From Diplonema japonicum (taxonomy: Eukaryota > Protista > Euglenozoa: Diplonemea), in assembly GCA_964019335.1 (NCBI GenBank), contig OZ025699.1, forward strand, positions 62,001-126,000: a stretch of DNA of 64,000 nucleotides, given 5' to 3'. Positions 1-11,497 of the stretch are shown here, piece after piece. Position numbers and translations under genes: made by a program. The notes beneath the pieces were generated by a model. That model ran no database searches. It saw nothing but the letters and a program-made list of their open reading frames with translations, and was not told the origin of the DNA. The first letter of the stretch is position 1, and every line of letters starts with the position of its first letter.

Positions 1-198
1 AGTTAGTGGCTGCATAAGGGAAATTGTGGTGGCTACAGTAAAAAGTGGAAAAAAAAGTTGGAGGTTGAAGGCGACGGTGGAAAAATAGTTATTTGGTTAC
101 CGTGGACGTTGTTTTTCTCTTTCTTTTCTTTTTATAAATTCCACTTCTTTTTCGACCTGCTAAGGCCGCACCGGCTTTGTCAAATCCCTGTGGCCCAG

Positions 199-614
199 AA
201 ATGAATGCCGTACACACAGAACGCGTGCGCAGCAAAATCTAAATAAGAAAAGTGCGTTCTAACTACGCAGCAAAATCTGGGAAAATGCGTACAGCCCCTT
301 ACAGGTACAGGAAACGGATGAGAGGGGCGAATGGGAGTGCGGCACAAAAACGGATGGAAGAGAGGGTGGAAGGGTGGAAGGGCACATGCGATCCAAGTCT
401 CTATCAGACGTTACTCTTCGTCATTGGGATCTAGAAGAGAACCTCCCGCTGACTGCGTGCAGGTGACATTCCGTTTGTTGACAAGAGAATCGGCTCTGTC
501 ATCCCAATGGCCGGTCTTTGGGCTTCTCATCCCTGAACCATGCCCACCGAGCAAAATCTAAGTGCGAATTCGAATAACGCGTACGTACGGTGGTACGCCG
601 ACAACGTGGCCCTG
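199..614. mobile_element. Degenerate copy of MITE family 1 (right TIR retained)
   Basis: Matches 10886-11497 (gcagcaaaatctg..., gtacgccgacaacgtggccctg); ends against a poly-G tract. Confidence 0.65.
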
Positions 615-893
615 GGAGGGGGGGGAGGGGGGGGAACAAGCAGATGGTGTAAAAGTAAATGAAATGAGAGAAACGAGAGCGGCACTGAAAATCGAAGTAA
701 GAGAACGAGAACGGAAAACATTCAGGCTTTTAAACCAAAAGGGTGGTGCTTTTAGTAATGTCTGGGGGGAAACCCAAATAAGAGAACGAGAAAGAAGAAT
801 AAGAAAAAAGGAGGGAAAGGGGGGGCTTATCTCTTGAAAAAAAACAGTGGGCACCCCTTACCCTTTGATGTCAAGCTGTATTATTCTCTGCTA

Positions 894-1874
894 TCAATAC
901 GGTGACGCCCCCTTTTTTTCGATGTAAAACTTGGTCAAAGCAGTGGCAATGAGCAACATTACACCAGTAGCACCGAACCAAGCAATGCAAATGTTACGCC
1001 ACTGGTCATCCTTGTACCCCGTGATCTTGTCCACGTACTGTTGGGTCTGAAACCTGCTCTGAGAGTTGAACTCCATCATGTGATGGAAGCGAGAGGGCCC
1101 GGAGTAGGGAATCTTATCCCGCTGCTCAGACTCCAAGTACTCCGACTGAGCCAACTTCCTGATGATGGTGAACGCCGCATTCTGTTGGAACCCACAGTCC
1201 TGCGCGGTAGGGTCATTTGCAATGCACCCAGCATAAACAGGAGGGTCGAACTTGCACCCTTTCACGCTTCCAGTGTACACAATCGGGGCGGAAACCCATG
1301 AGCTGCCACGCTCCGACTTCACTGACTTCCTGCCCCAGTCAAGGCCCCATTCCTCATCGACTAAAGTGTAGTATGTGATGTTCGTTTTGATGGTCAAAGC
1401 GGAGGGGTTAGGTGCGATGTGGCAGCCGATAAGGGCCTCCCCGCCTGACGCCAGAGACCTCTCAGCCAGCTCCAGCTGCCTCCATGACAAGTTCGGTTCC
1501 AAGAACCCCATTGTTGCCATTGTGACATAGAATGCGAGGGCACAGCCACAGCTGAAGAACAGAGCCACATTATGGTCATCTATGAGCACAATGGTCGGCA
1601 GCAGGCACACGACAACCCACCCCAAACCCCCAAACCAGTTGTAGTACTGGATCGTAGTATTGTAGTCCCGGTCTGTTTCTTCTGCAGGTGCCGTAGAGAG
1701 GTGTGCGGTTATCCCCGCATCATGTGTGGTCGTCTCTACGCGGCGGTTGGCAATGGTCTCCGTCAACAATATCTGGCGTCCGATCACCTCCTCCAGGTGC
1801 ACGTTCAGCATCATTATACACGTCCACCAGACCCACACCAAGATCAACACTCCGAAAGCAGCACAGGGCTTCAT
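894..1874 (-). CDS. Multi-pass membrane protein of unknown function (paralog of 12496-13383)
   Basis: 326-aa intronless ORF with several hydrophobic segments; near-identical paralog in window. Confidence 0.8.
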   Translation of the reverse strand: MKPCAAFGVLILVWVWWTCIMMLNVHLEEVIGRQILLTETIANRRVETTTHDAGITAHLSTAPAEETDRDYNTTIQYYNWFGGLGWVVVCLLPTIVLIDDHNVALFFSCGCALAFYVTMATMGFLEPNLSWRQLELAERSLASGGEALIGCHIAPNPSALTIKTNITYYTLVDEEWGLDWGRKSVKSERGSSWVSAPIVYTGSVKGCKFDPPVYAGCIANDPTAQDCGFQQNAAFTIIRKLAQSEYLESEQRDKIPYSGPSRFHHMMEFNSQSRFQTQQYVDKITGYKDDQWRNICIAWFGATGVMLLIATALTKFYIEKKGASPY

Positions 1875-3475
1875 CTTCCTTGTCTCCTTTTTCTTTTTGT
1901 CTTGCCTGTTGTATTTTTTTTTTCTTTTCTGATGTGATGAAGAATGAACTTTTTGGTTTCTTCATGAACCACCCTGCCCTGACTATGATGCCGTGAGCGT
2001 CTTGCGGAGTCGAGTGATGCAGTCCCGCTTGTAAGCGGCTTTCAGTTCCATCAGCTTGTCGTGCATGGAGTGGGTGGCGAAAATGCGCCTCCTTGAGAAA
2101 CCGAACAGTAGCTGGTTTACCTCCAATGGCGATGAGGGACTTCACACTTCTTCTGTTTGTGCTGGGAAGGGGCGTCGCGTCTTCCGTGCCCTGCATGCTG
2201 CGTTTATTTTCATGATCAGCGCCTTGATCCTGAATGCCCTTTCTTCCAGCCTCTCCTTCTGGCCTCCTAATGATTGCCCATTCAACATCAACCACAGCCA
2301 GCTCCACATCTGACTGGTGTCCCCCTCCATCCAGCGCACATCCAGGGTTGCGCACCCACGGAAGCGGCTGTGTCCTGACGCTGTTCACGTCCCGCTTCTC
2401 CACCACCGCGGCCAAGTATCGCTGCAGCTTTTCCAGGCGCGCAAAGACGTGTCCTCTCGGCAGAAGTGCGTGCAGCTCAAGACACAGTCGTCCGAGACAC
2501 GGTCTGTGTACCTACCAGAAGAACGAGGACGCCTGCTCATGAGGAGGACATGGCAAGAAGTGGCTTGTCTACACCGCCGGACTGTGGTAGGTGAGGAAGA
2601 CTTCGCTGGAACAGGTCTTCTTTTTGGTGGTGATATGTGTGTTGTGTGGGAGGCGGATAGCACCTTCTTTTTCAAGTCCGCGAGGCCGAGAAAGAGAAGC
2701 TGCTGCACTGAGGTCACGACACTCAGTCAGTGCGATGCATCCTTCCATGCCCGGAAGGGAGGTGGGTCTTCTGCGGTAGTGTAATGATGTGCAACACAAC
2801 GCTACTTAACCAGACACAGTCCAACATGGCTCAACCGCACTTCTTCGGTGGGTTCAAGTCGCAAAATAAAAGCTTGGACCCTTAGCTCCGTCGGATAATA
2901 GGGATGCTGCATTGAGTGGTTTTCATGATTCCACCCACCCCACCCCACCCCACCCCACCCCAGCCTGTCAGTTTGTTGTTATATTTTAATACGAATGCAG
3001 AAAATAGAGACAAAAGAAAGGTGGTTGGGAAGGAGAACACTTTTTTCTTTTATTGGGGTGGGGGGAGTCAAGCTAAAAAACACTGCAAATCTCAGTCATG
3101 CATACCTCTTTGCAAAAAAAAAAAAAAAAAGAGGGGGGCTGAAATGTTGTCGAAAAGGGAAAGAAAGAAAAAACACCAAGTAAAAACAGAAAAAGCAGAA
3201 GAAATGCATACGAAAACAGAGTAAGTAAGGTAAAAATAAACAAAGAAAAGTAAGACGAAGGGAGCCAATTTCTAGACCAAACGTCAGAGGGAAGAAAACC
3301 ACAAAAAAGTACTGGTGCCATGCCTAACAGATCCATCCGAGAAGGAAAAGAAACACACTCAATCATTTTCCATCGCAAGAGGGGAGGGGGAGCTAAAGGA
3401 GTTGAAAAAACCTTTTTTTCTTTCATTTATCTACTTTTGTCAGCAGCCCTAATCGACTCTGCTACGTCAGCAGTG

Positions 3476-5935
3476 CTACTGCCTTAACTTCTCAAGCTCC
3501 TCGGGGAGACACAAGCTGTTGTTGGCTTTGACTGCCTTAAGGGAGGTGCACCCACACAAGAACTTATAGCCAATGCTGGTGATCTTGGAAAGCGGTGTGA
3601 GATCGATCGCCTCAAGGGAGCTGCACTCATACAAGAACCTATCGCCGATGCTGGTGATCTTGGAAAGCGGTGTGAGATCGATCGCCACAAGGGAGCTGCA
3701 CCCAAACAAGAACGAATCGCCGATGCTGGTGACTTGGGAAAGCGGTGGGAGATCGATCGCCACAAGGGAGCTGCACCCAGACAAGAACCCATTGCCGATG
3801 CTGGTGATCTTGGAAAGCAGTGTGAGATCGATCGTTTCAAGGGAGCTGCACCCACACAAGAACGAATCGCCGATGCTGGTGATCTTGGAAAGCGGTGTGA
3901 GATCGATCGCCACAAGGGAGCTGCACTCTAACAAGAAATACTCACCGATGCTGGTGATCTTGGAAAGCGGTGTGAGATCGATCGCCACAAGGGAGCTGCA
4001 CCCACACAAGAAATACTCACCGATGCTGGTGATCTTGGAAAGCGGTGTGAGATCGATCGTTTCAAGGGAGCTGCACCCTAACAAGAAATACTCACCGATG
4101 CTGGTGATCTTGGAAAGCGGTGGGAGATCGATCGCCACAAGGGAGCTGCACCCAGACAAAAACCAATCGCCGATGCTGGTGATCTTGGAAAGCGGTGTGA
4201 GATCGATCGTTTCAAGGGAGCTGCACCTATCCAAGAACCCATGGCCGATGCTGATGTTGGAAAGGGTGACGGACCCTGCACAAACAGGTGGGTCGAGAGA
4301 GACACGGAGTGACCTCAGCCGAGGTGTTATGTCATCTTGCTTTCCTAGGAAGTCATCAGCGATGTCGCCCTGCACACCCTTCAGAACCACATGTTCAAAG
4401 CTTAAGACAATGGGAACGTACCTCTTCTCCACATCAACTACGGAAGCCCCTGTGAAGTCAATCACCAAGAAGGGTGGGTGTTCCTTCAGCTTTTCAAGCA
4501 ACTCAAGCTCGTTGTGCTTCACCATCACCACCTGCATCTTTCCTATTATTTCCGAGAACCCCTCCATGCCTTCTTCCCACTCCACAACGAGGCCCTTCCT
4601 CTTCACTTCTTCCTCTGAAGTGAGCTGGCTTGCATCCTTCAAGGCCGCAACGGGATGCTGCTGATGTTGGTTCGGATCGTGGTGGTGGTGCATGCTGTTC
4701 TTGTTCTTGTTGCTGTTGTCGTTGTCGTTGTGGGTGTGCTCAGGGAAAACCCTCACCCGTCCCTTGTCTTGGAAGACAGTCGTGCTGTCGGCATCCACGA
4801 ACAGATCGAAGTCGCTTCTGAAGACCTCCACCCTGCGAACCCGTCCCAGCCCGTCCTCTGCGAAGGCCTTCTCAGCCGCAACCCGAACATCCTCCACACC
4901 CGACCCCACAGCCACACGGAGCAGCCTCTTCCTCTCCTCACCGAGGAGGTGAGCAATCGCCACAAGATCCATGAGCTGCAAAGACATGTTGGAGGGACAA
5001 GGAGAAGGAGAAGGAGAAGAAGGAGAAGAAGAAGGACTGCTTGGGGGGGTGCCGTCGAGAATCTCCAGAACACGAGTGCTGCTGGGCCTGTCCACAGGGT
5101 CGGGAAGGAGGAGGGCGCAGACCACGGTGCAGAGCTGCTTGTCGGACAGGTGCTTCTCGAGGAGGACGACTGCTTCGCGGTGTGCCTTCTCCCGCTGCTC
5201 AGGGTGGGGATTGCAGAGACTCCTGACCGTCACCTCCACAATGCCCTGTCCAAACATGCAGAGACAGGCCGTCACCCCCAAAGCCCACATGTCCGCCTTG
5301 AAGGAGTAGTGGCCCTCCCCGAAGAACTCGGGTGCCATGAAGAGAGGTGTCCCTGCCAGTGTTGTGACCTTCTCCTCCCCGGTCACGACCTTCCGCCCGA
5401 GCCCAAGGTCTCCCAGTGCGAACACCTTCTCGCTGCCGCCACCATCTCCGACGAGCACGTTGGCGGGCTTCACGTCACGGTGGATCACCTGCTTCCTCTC
5501 GTGCAGGTACGACAGCCCCCTGCACACCTCCCGAAGCATCTGAAGTACTACTTTCTCCCCAACCTTTCCCTTCTTCACGAGCTGCTCCAGAGTCCCCTCG
5601 TAGAGGGTCATCACGATGCACACCGTCGTCGCCCCGTCCCCAGCAAGGAACACCTCGTGGGCCTTCACGATGTGCGGGTGCTCCACCTTGATCAACAGGA
5701 ACGCCTCCGCGAGACCCTCGTTCGCCTTGTCAGTAGTCCCACACCTCAGAAGCTTCACCGCGAACACCTTCCCATCCTTCACCGCCCTCCACACCTCCCC
5801 GAATGAACCCTTCCCGAGCTTCTCCTCCAAGCGGTACCCTTTCAGCATCTCCCCTCTTTGCCACATTCTATTTTGTTTCTCCTCCCCCTTCCCGTTCACT
5901 GTGGTGTGGTCAAGGTGACTTGAGAAATGAGACAA
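3476..5935 (-). CDS. Ser/Thr protein kinase (NEK-like) fused to C-terminal BspA-type leucine-rich repeats
   Basis: GKGSFG, AVK, HRDVKPAN, DLG, GTPLFMAPE, DMWALG motifs; about ten 25-aa repeats FLxxCSSLxxIDLTPLSKITSIG. Confidence 0.92.
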   Translation of the reverse strand: MSHFSSHLDHTTVNGKGEEKQNRMWQRGEMLKGYRLEEKLGKGSFGEVWRAVKDGKVFAVKLLRCGTTDKANEGLAEAFLLIKVEHPHIVKAHEVFLAGDGATTVCIVMTLYEGTLEQLVKKGKVGEKVVLQMLREVCRGLSYLHERKQVIHRDVKPANVLVGDGGGSEKVFALGDLGLGRKVVTGEEKVTTLAGTPLFMAPEFFGEGHYSFKADMWALGVTACLCMFGQGIVEVTVRSLCNPHPEQREKAHREAVVLLEKHLSDKQLCTVVCALLLPDPVDRPSSTRVLEILDGTPPSSPSSSPSSPSPSPCPSNMSLQLMDLVAIAHLLGEERKRLLRVAVGSGVEDVRVAAEKAFAEDGLGRVRRVEVFRSDFDLFVDADSTTVFQDKGRVRVFPEHTHNDNDNSNKNKNSMHHHHDPNQHQQHPVAALKDASQLTSEEEVKRKGLVVEWEEGMEGFSEIIGKMQVVMVKHNELELLEKLKEHPPFLVIDFTGASVVDVEKRYVPIVLSFEHVVLKGVQGDIADDFLGKQDDITPRLRSLRVSLDPPVCAGSVTLSNISIGHGFLDRCSSLETIDLTPLSKITSIGDWFLSGCSSLVAIDLPPLSKITSIGEYFLLGCSSLETIDLTPLSKITSIGEYFLCGCSSLVAIDLTPLSKITSIGEYFLLECSSLVAIDLTPLSKITSIGDSFLCGCSSLETIDLTLLSKITSIGNGFLSGCSSLVAIDLPPLSQVTSIGDSFLFGCSSLVAIDLTPLSKITSIGDRFLYECSSLEAIDLTPLSKITSIGYKFLCGCTSLKAVKANNSLCLPEELEKLRQ
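3500..4255 (-). repeat. 75-bp tandem repeat (~10 units) encoding the LRR domain
   Basis: ccgatgctggtgatcttggaaagcggtgtgagatcgatcg recurs every 75 bp in frame. Confidence 0.95.
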
Positions 5936-7600
5936 TACTCAAAAGTAAGGTAAAGAATACAATCTCACTCGAAAAGAAAAAAAAACTCCCTCCCCAGCTG
6001 GCCTACACAGGGCATAAATCACAAATATGCTCTTGTATTCCTTGTGTGGGCAAAAGGGGCTGTTTGTTTGTTAGGCTGTTTTTTGAAAGGGAGCCAGATG
6101 GCCCTATGGTGAAGATGAACATCATGATGAAGGAGCTGGTGCACCGCAAAATCTGGGAAAGTGCGCACGGCGCACGGCCCCTTACAGGTAAAGGCAACGG
6201 ATTTTACAAACCAACGAACTGCTGTGTAGTGGTAGCAAAAAGAAGAAGAAAAAAAAAAAGAAAAACATCAAGGAAGGCAAGCTACTTAAAGGCATCACCG
6301 CCTTCATCATGCCCTTCGTGCTTCGACATCGCCACACTCTGTGTCGCCTGCACCCGTCGAGCTCCATCAAGAGAAGCTGCTTTTTTGGGTCCCACTCTTC
6401 CTCCATGGGGCAGAACCTCGCTGCTACCTTCCAGCTACATTGGAGTTAGACAACATTTTCCTTTTTTTTGTTTCATTGTTTTTGCATCAAAAAAGAATTT
6501 CTGGGGTTGTGTTTCTTTTGTTTCTTTTTTTTTTTTTTCTTTATTATTTTCTGACGCTTTTCCTTTCAAGTATGTGGCTGCGTTGCATCTTCCAGGATCC
6601 GCTTGTCTCACCGCCTTCTTGTCGACGTCGATCGTCGTGTTGATGTTGACCCCTAAAAAAAGATCAAATCAATGAGATTCCTATGATGCTTCCTTGCCCC
6701 ACTCGCCCCCCTTGATCTTCCTCGTTATTCACTGAGTTGCGATGGATAATCTTTATTCTAATACCAGCTCTTCTGCTCTCTTTTGAGTACGGGTATGCAT
6801 GCGATCGGAGGTTCAGCGCAATAGGCGGCTTTGATCTCGGACGTGAAGTCAGAAAACAGTTCATGTGGGGTGGGGCGTCGTTGTTACTCTTCATCCGCCG
6901 GTGCTTCGCACGCATGTCATCCCTATGCCTCGAAGCTAGAACCGACCTCGCAACAAACTGGTTCTGCCTCCCATTAATATAAAGCAACGTGACCCCCCAG
7001 CAATCCTGAAAGTAATTCTCAACACCCTATTTTCTGAACGGGGACGGGTATATCAGTGCTCGCTCCCAAGTGACCACGGGCTCTCGGGCCGCACACCACC
7101 TCCAAAATCCCTGTGGGCGGGATTGTTAAGTTTCTCGGAAAGACAAATATAGGGTTTGGGTTTTCATCGGACCACTTCCCACCTGTGTGCTCGTCATTTT
7201 CAGCTTGCGGTGCGACCGCTTTCCGACGTTTGAAAATAGTGGCAACACGACAATCACCGATCTTGACAGAAAAATACATCCTCGTGGGCACGGTTCAACT
7301 CCGGAAGACGACAGTGGGCAGAAAAACGAAAAAGGAGGCCAGCAAGTTTGAAGGTTATCTTCAAGAAATTCAATAGGAAAAAGGCTTAAAGAGAAGAGAA
7401 GCAGGGACCAAGAAGGAAAGTGTATCGGGGCCGAGTTAAGAGCCAAGAAGAATAAGTAACAAAATAAACCAAACCCATGGTTCAATATTTTTATATAAAA
7501 AAAAAAAAGAGAGAAAAAAAATATCTCCTGCAACTAAACTTATGGGAGAACGGGGCGGATTCCCTTTCCATCCCGTTTTCTTTTTTTTGTGGGGGGAGGT

Positions 7601-7812
7601 AAATTCACCTAGAACCCAAAAAAGTCGAAAATTCACTCATGGTTTTTTCTTTTTTTTTTTCTTTTTTTTTTCTTTTTCTTTTTTTTCTTCTTCTTCTTTT
7701 TTGGTTCCTGGGGGGCTCTGAAAGGCTGAGCAGGGGTAAATAATAGCTACGAGAAAAAAAAGAAAAAAAAAATGAACCGAATTTTGGACTTTTTTGGGTA
7801 CTAAGTGAATTT
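7601..7812. mobile_element. Small foldback/MITE with ~40-bp imperfect terminal inverted repeats
   Basis: aaattcacctagaacccaaaaaagtcgaaaattc at 7601 vs reverse complement of 7771-7812 aaattcacttagtacccaaaaaagtccaaaattc. Confidence 0.65.
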
Positions 7813-7864
7813 CGGTACTAAGCGAATAGCCTTTCTTTCTTTTCTTTTTTTCTTCTTTTCTTCT

Positions 7865-8887
7865 TCACACATTTTCCTCATCAGAGTTCGGATCGGACGG
7901 GTTTTTCTCTTTGACGAACATCCATCTCCCCTTGGCGGTGCCTCCTTCGCCCCGTCCGCCTGTTCGTGAGCGTTTTGCCTTCGGCTTCGATGCCTGTTTC
8001 GCAGCCTCGGCTCTCATGTGCTCCTGTTCCTCCTGAAGGGCTCGGACCTGATTTTGAAGATTTTGGTTTTCATTCTGCAGCGCTTCCTTGTGCGCAGCAG
8101 ACGCTTCGTACTCAGTACGTATGTTCCTGTTCTCGCTTTCGAGCTCCTTCTGACGCAACGCTGCCATGTGTTCTGTCTCACTGGCCTCGTCACGCAGTTT
8201 CTCCAACCTGCGTTCCATAGACGCGTGCTGCGCATGTGCGGCTTTCATCTCTTCGATCTGTTGGCCCATGGCTCTGTTTTGAGCCTCTGTAGTGCGCATT
8301 CTTCTTAGTGTGTGGTCTCTTTCTTCATTTGCCTGCTTCTCGCGTTGCTCCACACGCTGCATCTCGGCGTCTCGTGTGTGGTCCTCACCTCTGCCCCGTG
8401 ATCTGCTCCTCCTCGGGTTTGGTGTTGGTTCCACTTCCGGTTCAGGAGGATAGCAAGCGGGTTGGTAGCTTCCTTGGTTTGCATAATACATGGCACCAGG
8501 AGGTGGGGCAAAGTTGCTATGTATAAGAGGTGCTGTGTACACATCTGGGTGTACCTTACCTCGAGGTCCTTGTTCCCGTGCCTGTGCCAGTCTTTTCCTT
8601 CGGTAGTACAACATGAAGAAGAGTAGTATGCAGCAGCACACAGAGAGCGCTACGACGAGACCGACGGCCGAGCCGTTGACATGGTGCTTGCAGGACGCGT
8701 CGTCCGCGGGGCAGGAGCCGTCCACACAGCAGCCTCCGCTGCATTCCTTTGTGCGGATAACTGCATTCTTTTCTTTGCTGAAGCAGAATTCGCAGCTCCG
8801 CGAGAAGCAAGTGTCGTCATCATCCGTCCACCACCCACCCGCAGCTCCTGCAGCTAGGCCCACTAGGCATAGGAGCCTCACTGCCAT
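7865..8887 (-). CDS. Single-pass membrane protein: signal peptide, Cys-rich ectodomain, TM, Pro/Tyr-rich segment, coiled coil
   Basis: 340-aa ORF; MAVRLLCLVGLAAGA signal; VGLVVALSVCCCILLFFMLYY TM followed by RRKR; heptad-rich C-terminus. Confidence 0.8.
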   Translation of the reverse strand: MAVRLLCLVGLAAGAAGGWWTDDDDTCFSRSCEFCFSKEKNAVIRTKECSGGCCVDGSCPADDASCKHHVNGSAVGLVVALSVCCCILLFFMLYYRRKRLAQAREQGPRGKVHPDVYTAPLIHSNFAPPPGAMYYANQGSYQPACYPPEPEVEPTPNPRRSRSRGRGEDHTRDAEMQRVEQREKQANEERDHTLRRMRTTEAQNRAMGQQIEEMKAAHAQHASMERRLEKLRDEASETEHMAALRQKELESENRNIRTEYEASAAHKEALQNENQNLQNQVRALQEEQEHMRAEAAKQASKPKAKRSRTGGRGEGGTAKGRWMFVKEKNPSDPNSDEENV

Positions 8888-9491
8888 GGTAACTACCTGT
8901 AATGGCGTGAGTAGGGGGGGGGTGGTGTTCTTTCGAATCTTTTTTTAAATAATTCTAATGGACTTCTCTTTTTTTTTCTTTCTTTCTACCCCCTGATTTT
9001 CTTTTTTTTTTTTTTTCAAGGTCAAAAGGTCACTTTTTCACGAGCCCGTGCCAGACATTCACCAATGGAGCTGCTGAGGATGAGGGGGGTGTTTCGTTGA
9101 AAGCATTTTGTTGCCCGGTTTTGGCGTTGGCGGGGAAGGCTGACCTTCCACATCGTGCTGAGCATTTCTGGATGAGACCCAAGAAAACATATTCGAGTTC
9201 ATTTGGGGCAAAGGGTGGGCTTTCTTACACTTCGACCACAATGTCCTCTTGTTGCCTGCGGGGCCCTGCTTCAGCTTCTGCAGGCAAGCCATTGAGTCTG
9301 TCAGGAGGTTCATCTGCTTGTCCTGTGCGTTCTCCCCGTTCGGCTTCGTGAGTGCTGTGCTGATCGCCGACATCCTTGCCCGGCCCCGCCCACATGCATT
9401 GCATTCACCATCTTTTTTTCTCCCCCCCCTTCCCTCCTTTTTATTTTAATTTATTTGAGAAAGAATCCCATGTCCCCCCCCCCCCCCCCCC

Positions 9492-9690
9492 CAGGCCTAC
9501 GTTGTCGGCGTACGCGTACGCAGCAAAATCTGGGAAAGTGCAGTACAGCTCCTTTTACCTACAGGTACAGCTACGGGTCAAAGGGCTTACGTTGAATGAG
9601 AGGGGCGAGTGGGAGTGGGGCACATATGACGTTTCCTGAAGAAAACAACAAAATGAATACCGTACGCAAAAAATGCGTACGCAGCAAATC
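9492..9690. mobile_element. Internally deleted copy of MITE family 1
   Basis: caggcctacgttgtcggcgtacgcgtacgcagcaaaatctg matches 10862 onward; preceded by a poly-C tract. Confidence 0.65.
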
Positions 9691-10193
9691 TAACGGCGTC
9701 ACATGCCCCGTGGTAAAACTGAAAGAAAAAAAAAGTTTTCAAAAGAAACTTTTTTCTAAGGTCAAAAAAACCACCCAATACCCTCTAAAAATGACCAGAA
9801 AAAAAAAAATAAAAATCCGCCGGATTAGGGCACTTCTGAGCACATTGTTAATGCTTATCTTTTTTTGCATTTTTGAAAACAGTAACCACGGTTTAGTACC
9901 TGTACCTTTGCAACAAACCTACCATCCTAACATCGGGAAGCTGATAGATATTCGTCAGAAATGCCGCGCAAAAGAACACAGAACACAGAAAAGTAGACTG
10001 TACTTCTGCCGTTCAAGCGGTAACGGCGTCCTAAAGAGCCCGCGTTCAAAAGGAGGTACAAACCATGTCAAATTCTAGAGAAATTCAGAAGATACAACAG
10101 CCCAAACCGTGGTCACCTTTTTTAAAAATTGAAAAAATAATGCCTTGGTATGCGTTCTTCTGTTTTCGATGAATGGCTGTGGAGCCCTAGGCA

Positions 10194-10863
10194 TAGGGCA
10201 TAGTGGTGAGACGACTCGCATGCGAGAATGCGAGTCGCATTCTCGCACCAAATTCTCGCACATTCTCGCATGCGAGAATGATGCGAGAATTCTTTTTGGC
10301 TGAAACTTCAACAGGGAAAGCCAGGTGCCTGAGTGTCAAAATCTTCGAAGGACCTCAACAGGCAGTGCTTTGCCCCGTGGTGGGGCAGGAGGTCATAGAC
10401 GGGTGGGCGATGTTGTGTTTGGTCGCAGGCACCACCACCACCAAGCAGCAAACATCCCATTGGTGGAGCTCGCACATGAAGACACCAGACACGCTGCCGG
10501 CAAAGGGGCCCGGATTCGAGAAGGAGGCAATGGCTCGAGAAGAGTGAAGCAAAGCATCGAAAAGACCCTGTTGCCGTTAAGCACATACGCCACCAGTGCC
10601 AAACATTTCTGGGCTAATCGGATACTCAGAGGAGGGTGAATCACACACGGGGGCGGACGTGAACGCACTGATCGCGTTAGTTCGGGAGGAGTATGAAGGT
10701 CGAGGGGGGGTTATTTCTGACACATGCACACCTGAAGTGCACACTAGCATGTGCGAGAATCGTGCGAGAGTGTGCGAGAATGCGAGTCGTTTTGCGAGAA
10801 CTTCGGCTCAGATTCTTTTTGTGCGAGAATGCGAGAATGCGAGTCGCCTCACCACTATGCCTA
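10194..10863. mobile_element. MITE family 2 (TAGGG-type, hAT-like TIRs, subterminal gcgagaat repeats)
   Basis: tagggcatagtggtgagacgactcgcat ... atgcgagtcgcctcaccactatgccta. Confidence 0.75.
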
Positions 10864-11497
10864 GGGCTACGTTGTCGGCGTACGCGTACGCAGCAAAATC
10901 TGAAAAAGTGCGTACGGCTCCTTACACTTACAGGTACAGGCTACGGGTCAAAGGGCTTACATTGGACAAGAGGGGGCAAATGGGAGTGGGGTACAAAAAT
11001 GGATGGAAGAGAGGGTGGGCGGCAGGCTTTATGCAAACACTTTTACACCCGATTCGTCTCTATCTAGAGACGTTCTCTTCGTCATCAGGATCGGGCGCCC
11101 TGCAGGTCTTCCAACGCCAGTTTCGTTACACGCCAGTAGTCTCTCACAAACTGCGTGCAGGTGAAACTACGTTTGCTGAAGTAGAGTTTGACCTGAATTA
11201 TATCTCTGACAAGAGAATCAGCTTTGTCAAATCTCAATGGACGATCTTTGGGCTTCCACCTTGAAAGGTGCACCTTACCCGAGCTCCGTACACCGCAGGC
11301 CTGACCCAAAAGCCTAATGCCAACAGGTCGCAAGAGAGGCCCTTGAGTATCCCACCACAGCCCAGTGACTATGGCCTTAGGCTTTTCAAAATGAATGCCG
11401 TACGCAAAAAATGCGTACGCGTACGCAGCAAAAATAAAAAAAGTGCGTACGTTCGAAATACGCGTACGTACGGCCGTACGCCGACAACGTAGCCCTA
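10862..11497. mobile_element. MITE family 1 (TAGGG-type TIRs, subterminal cgtacg repeats)
   Basis: 23-bp perfect TIR tagggctacgttgtcggcgtacg / cgtacgccgacaacgtagcccta. Confidence 0.85.

Noticed and set aside
1720-2799. ORFs of 100-230 aa between the first two genes
   Set aside because: No recognisable motif; overlapping frames that run through low-complexity UTR
3500-4255. CRISPR-like array
   Set aside because: In-frame 75-bp coding LRR repeats with no unique spacers; eukaryotic context
5803-7533. Short ORFs upstream of the kinase
   Set aside because: They cross homopolymer tracts and a MITE fragment; no domain evidence
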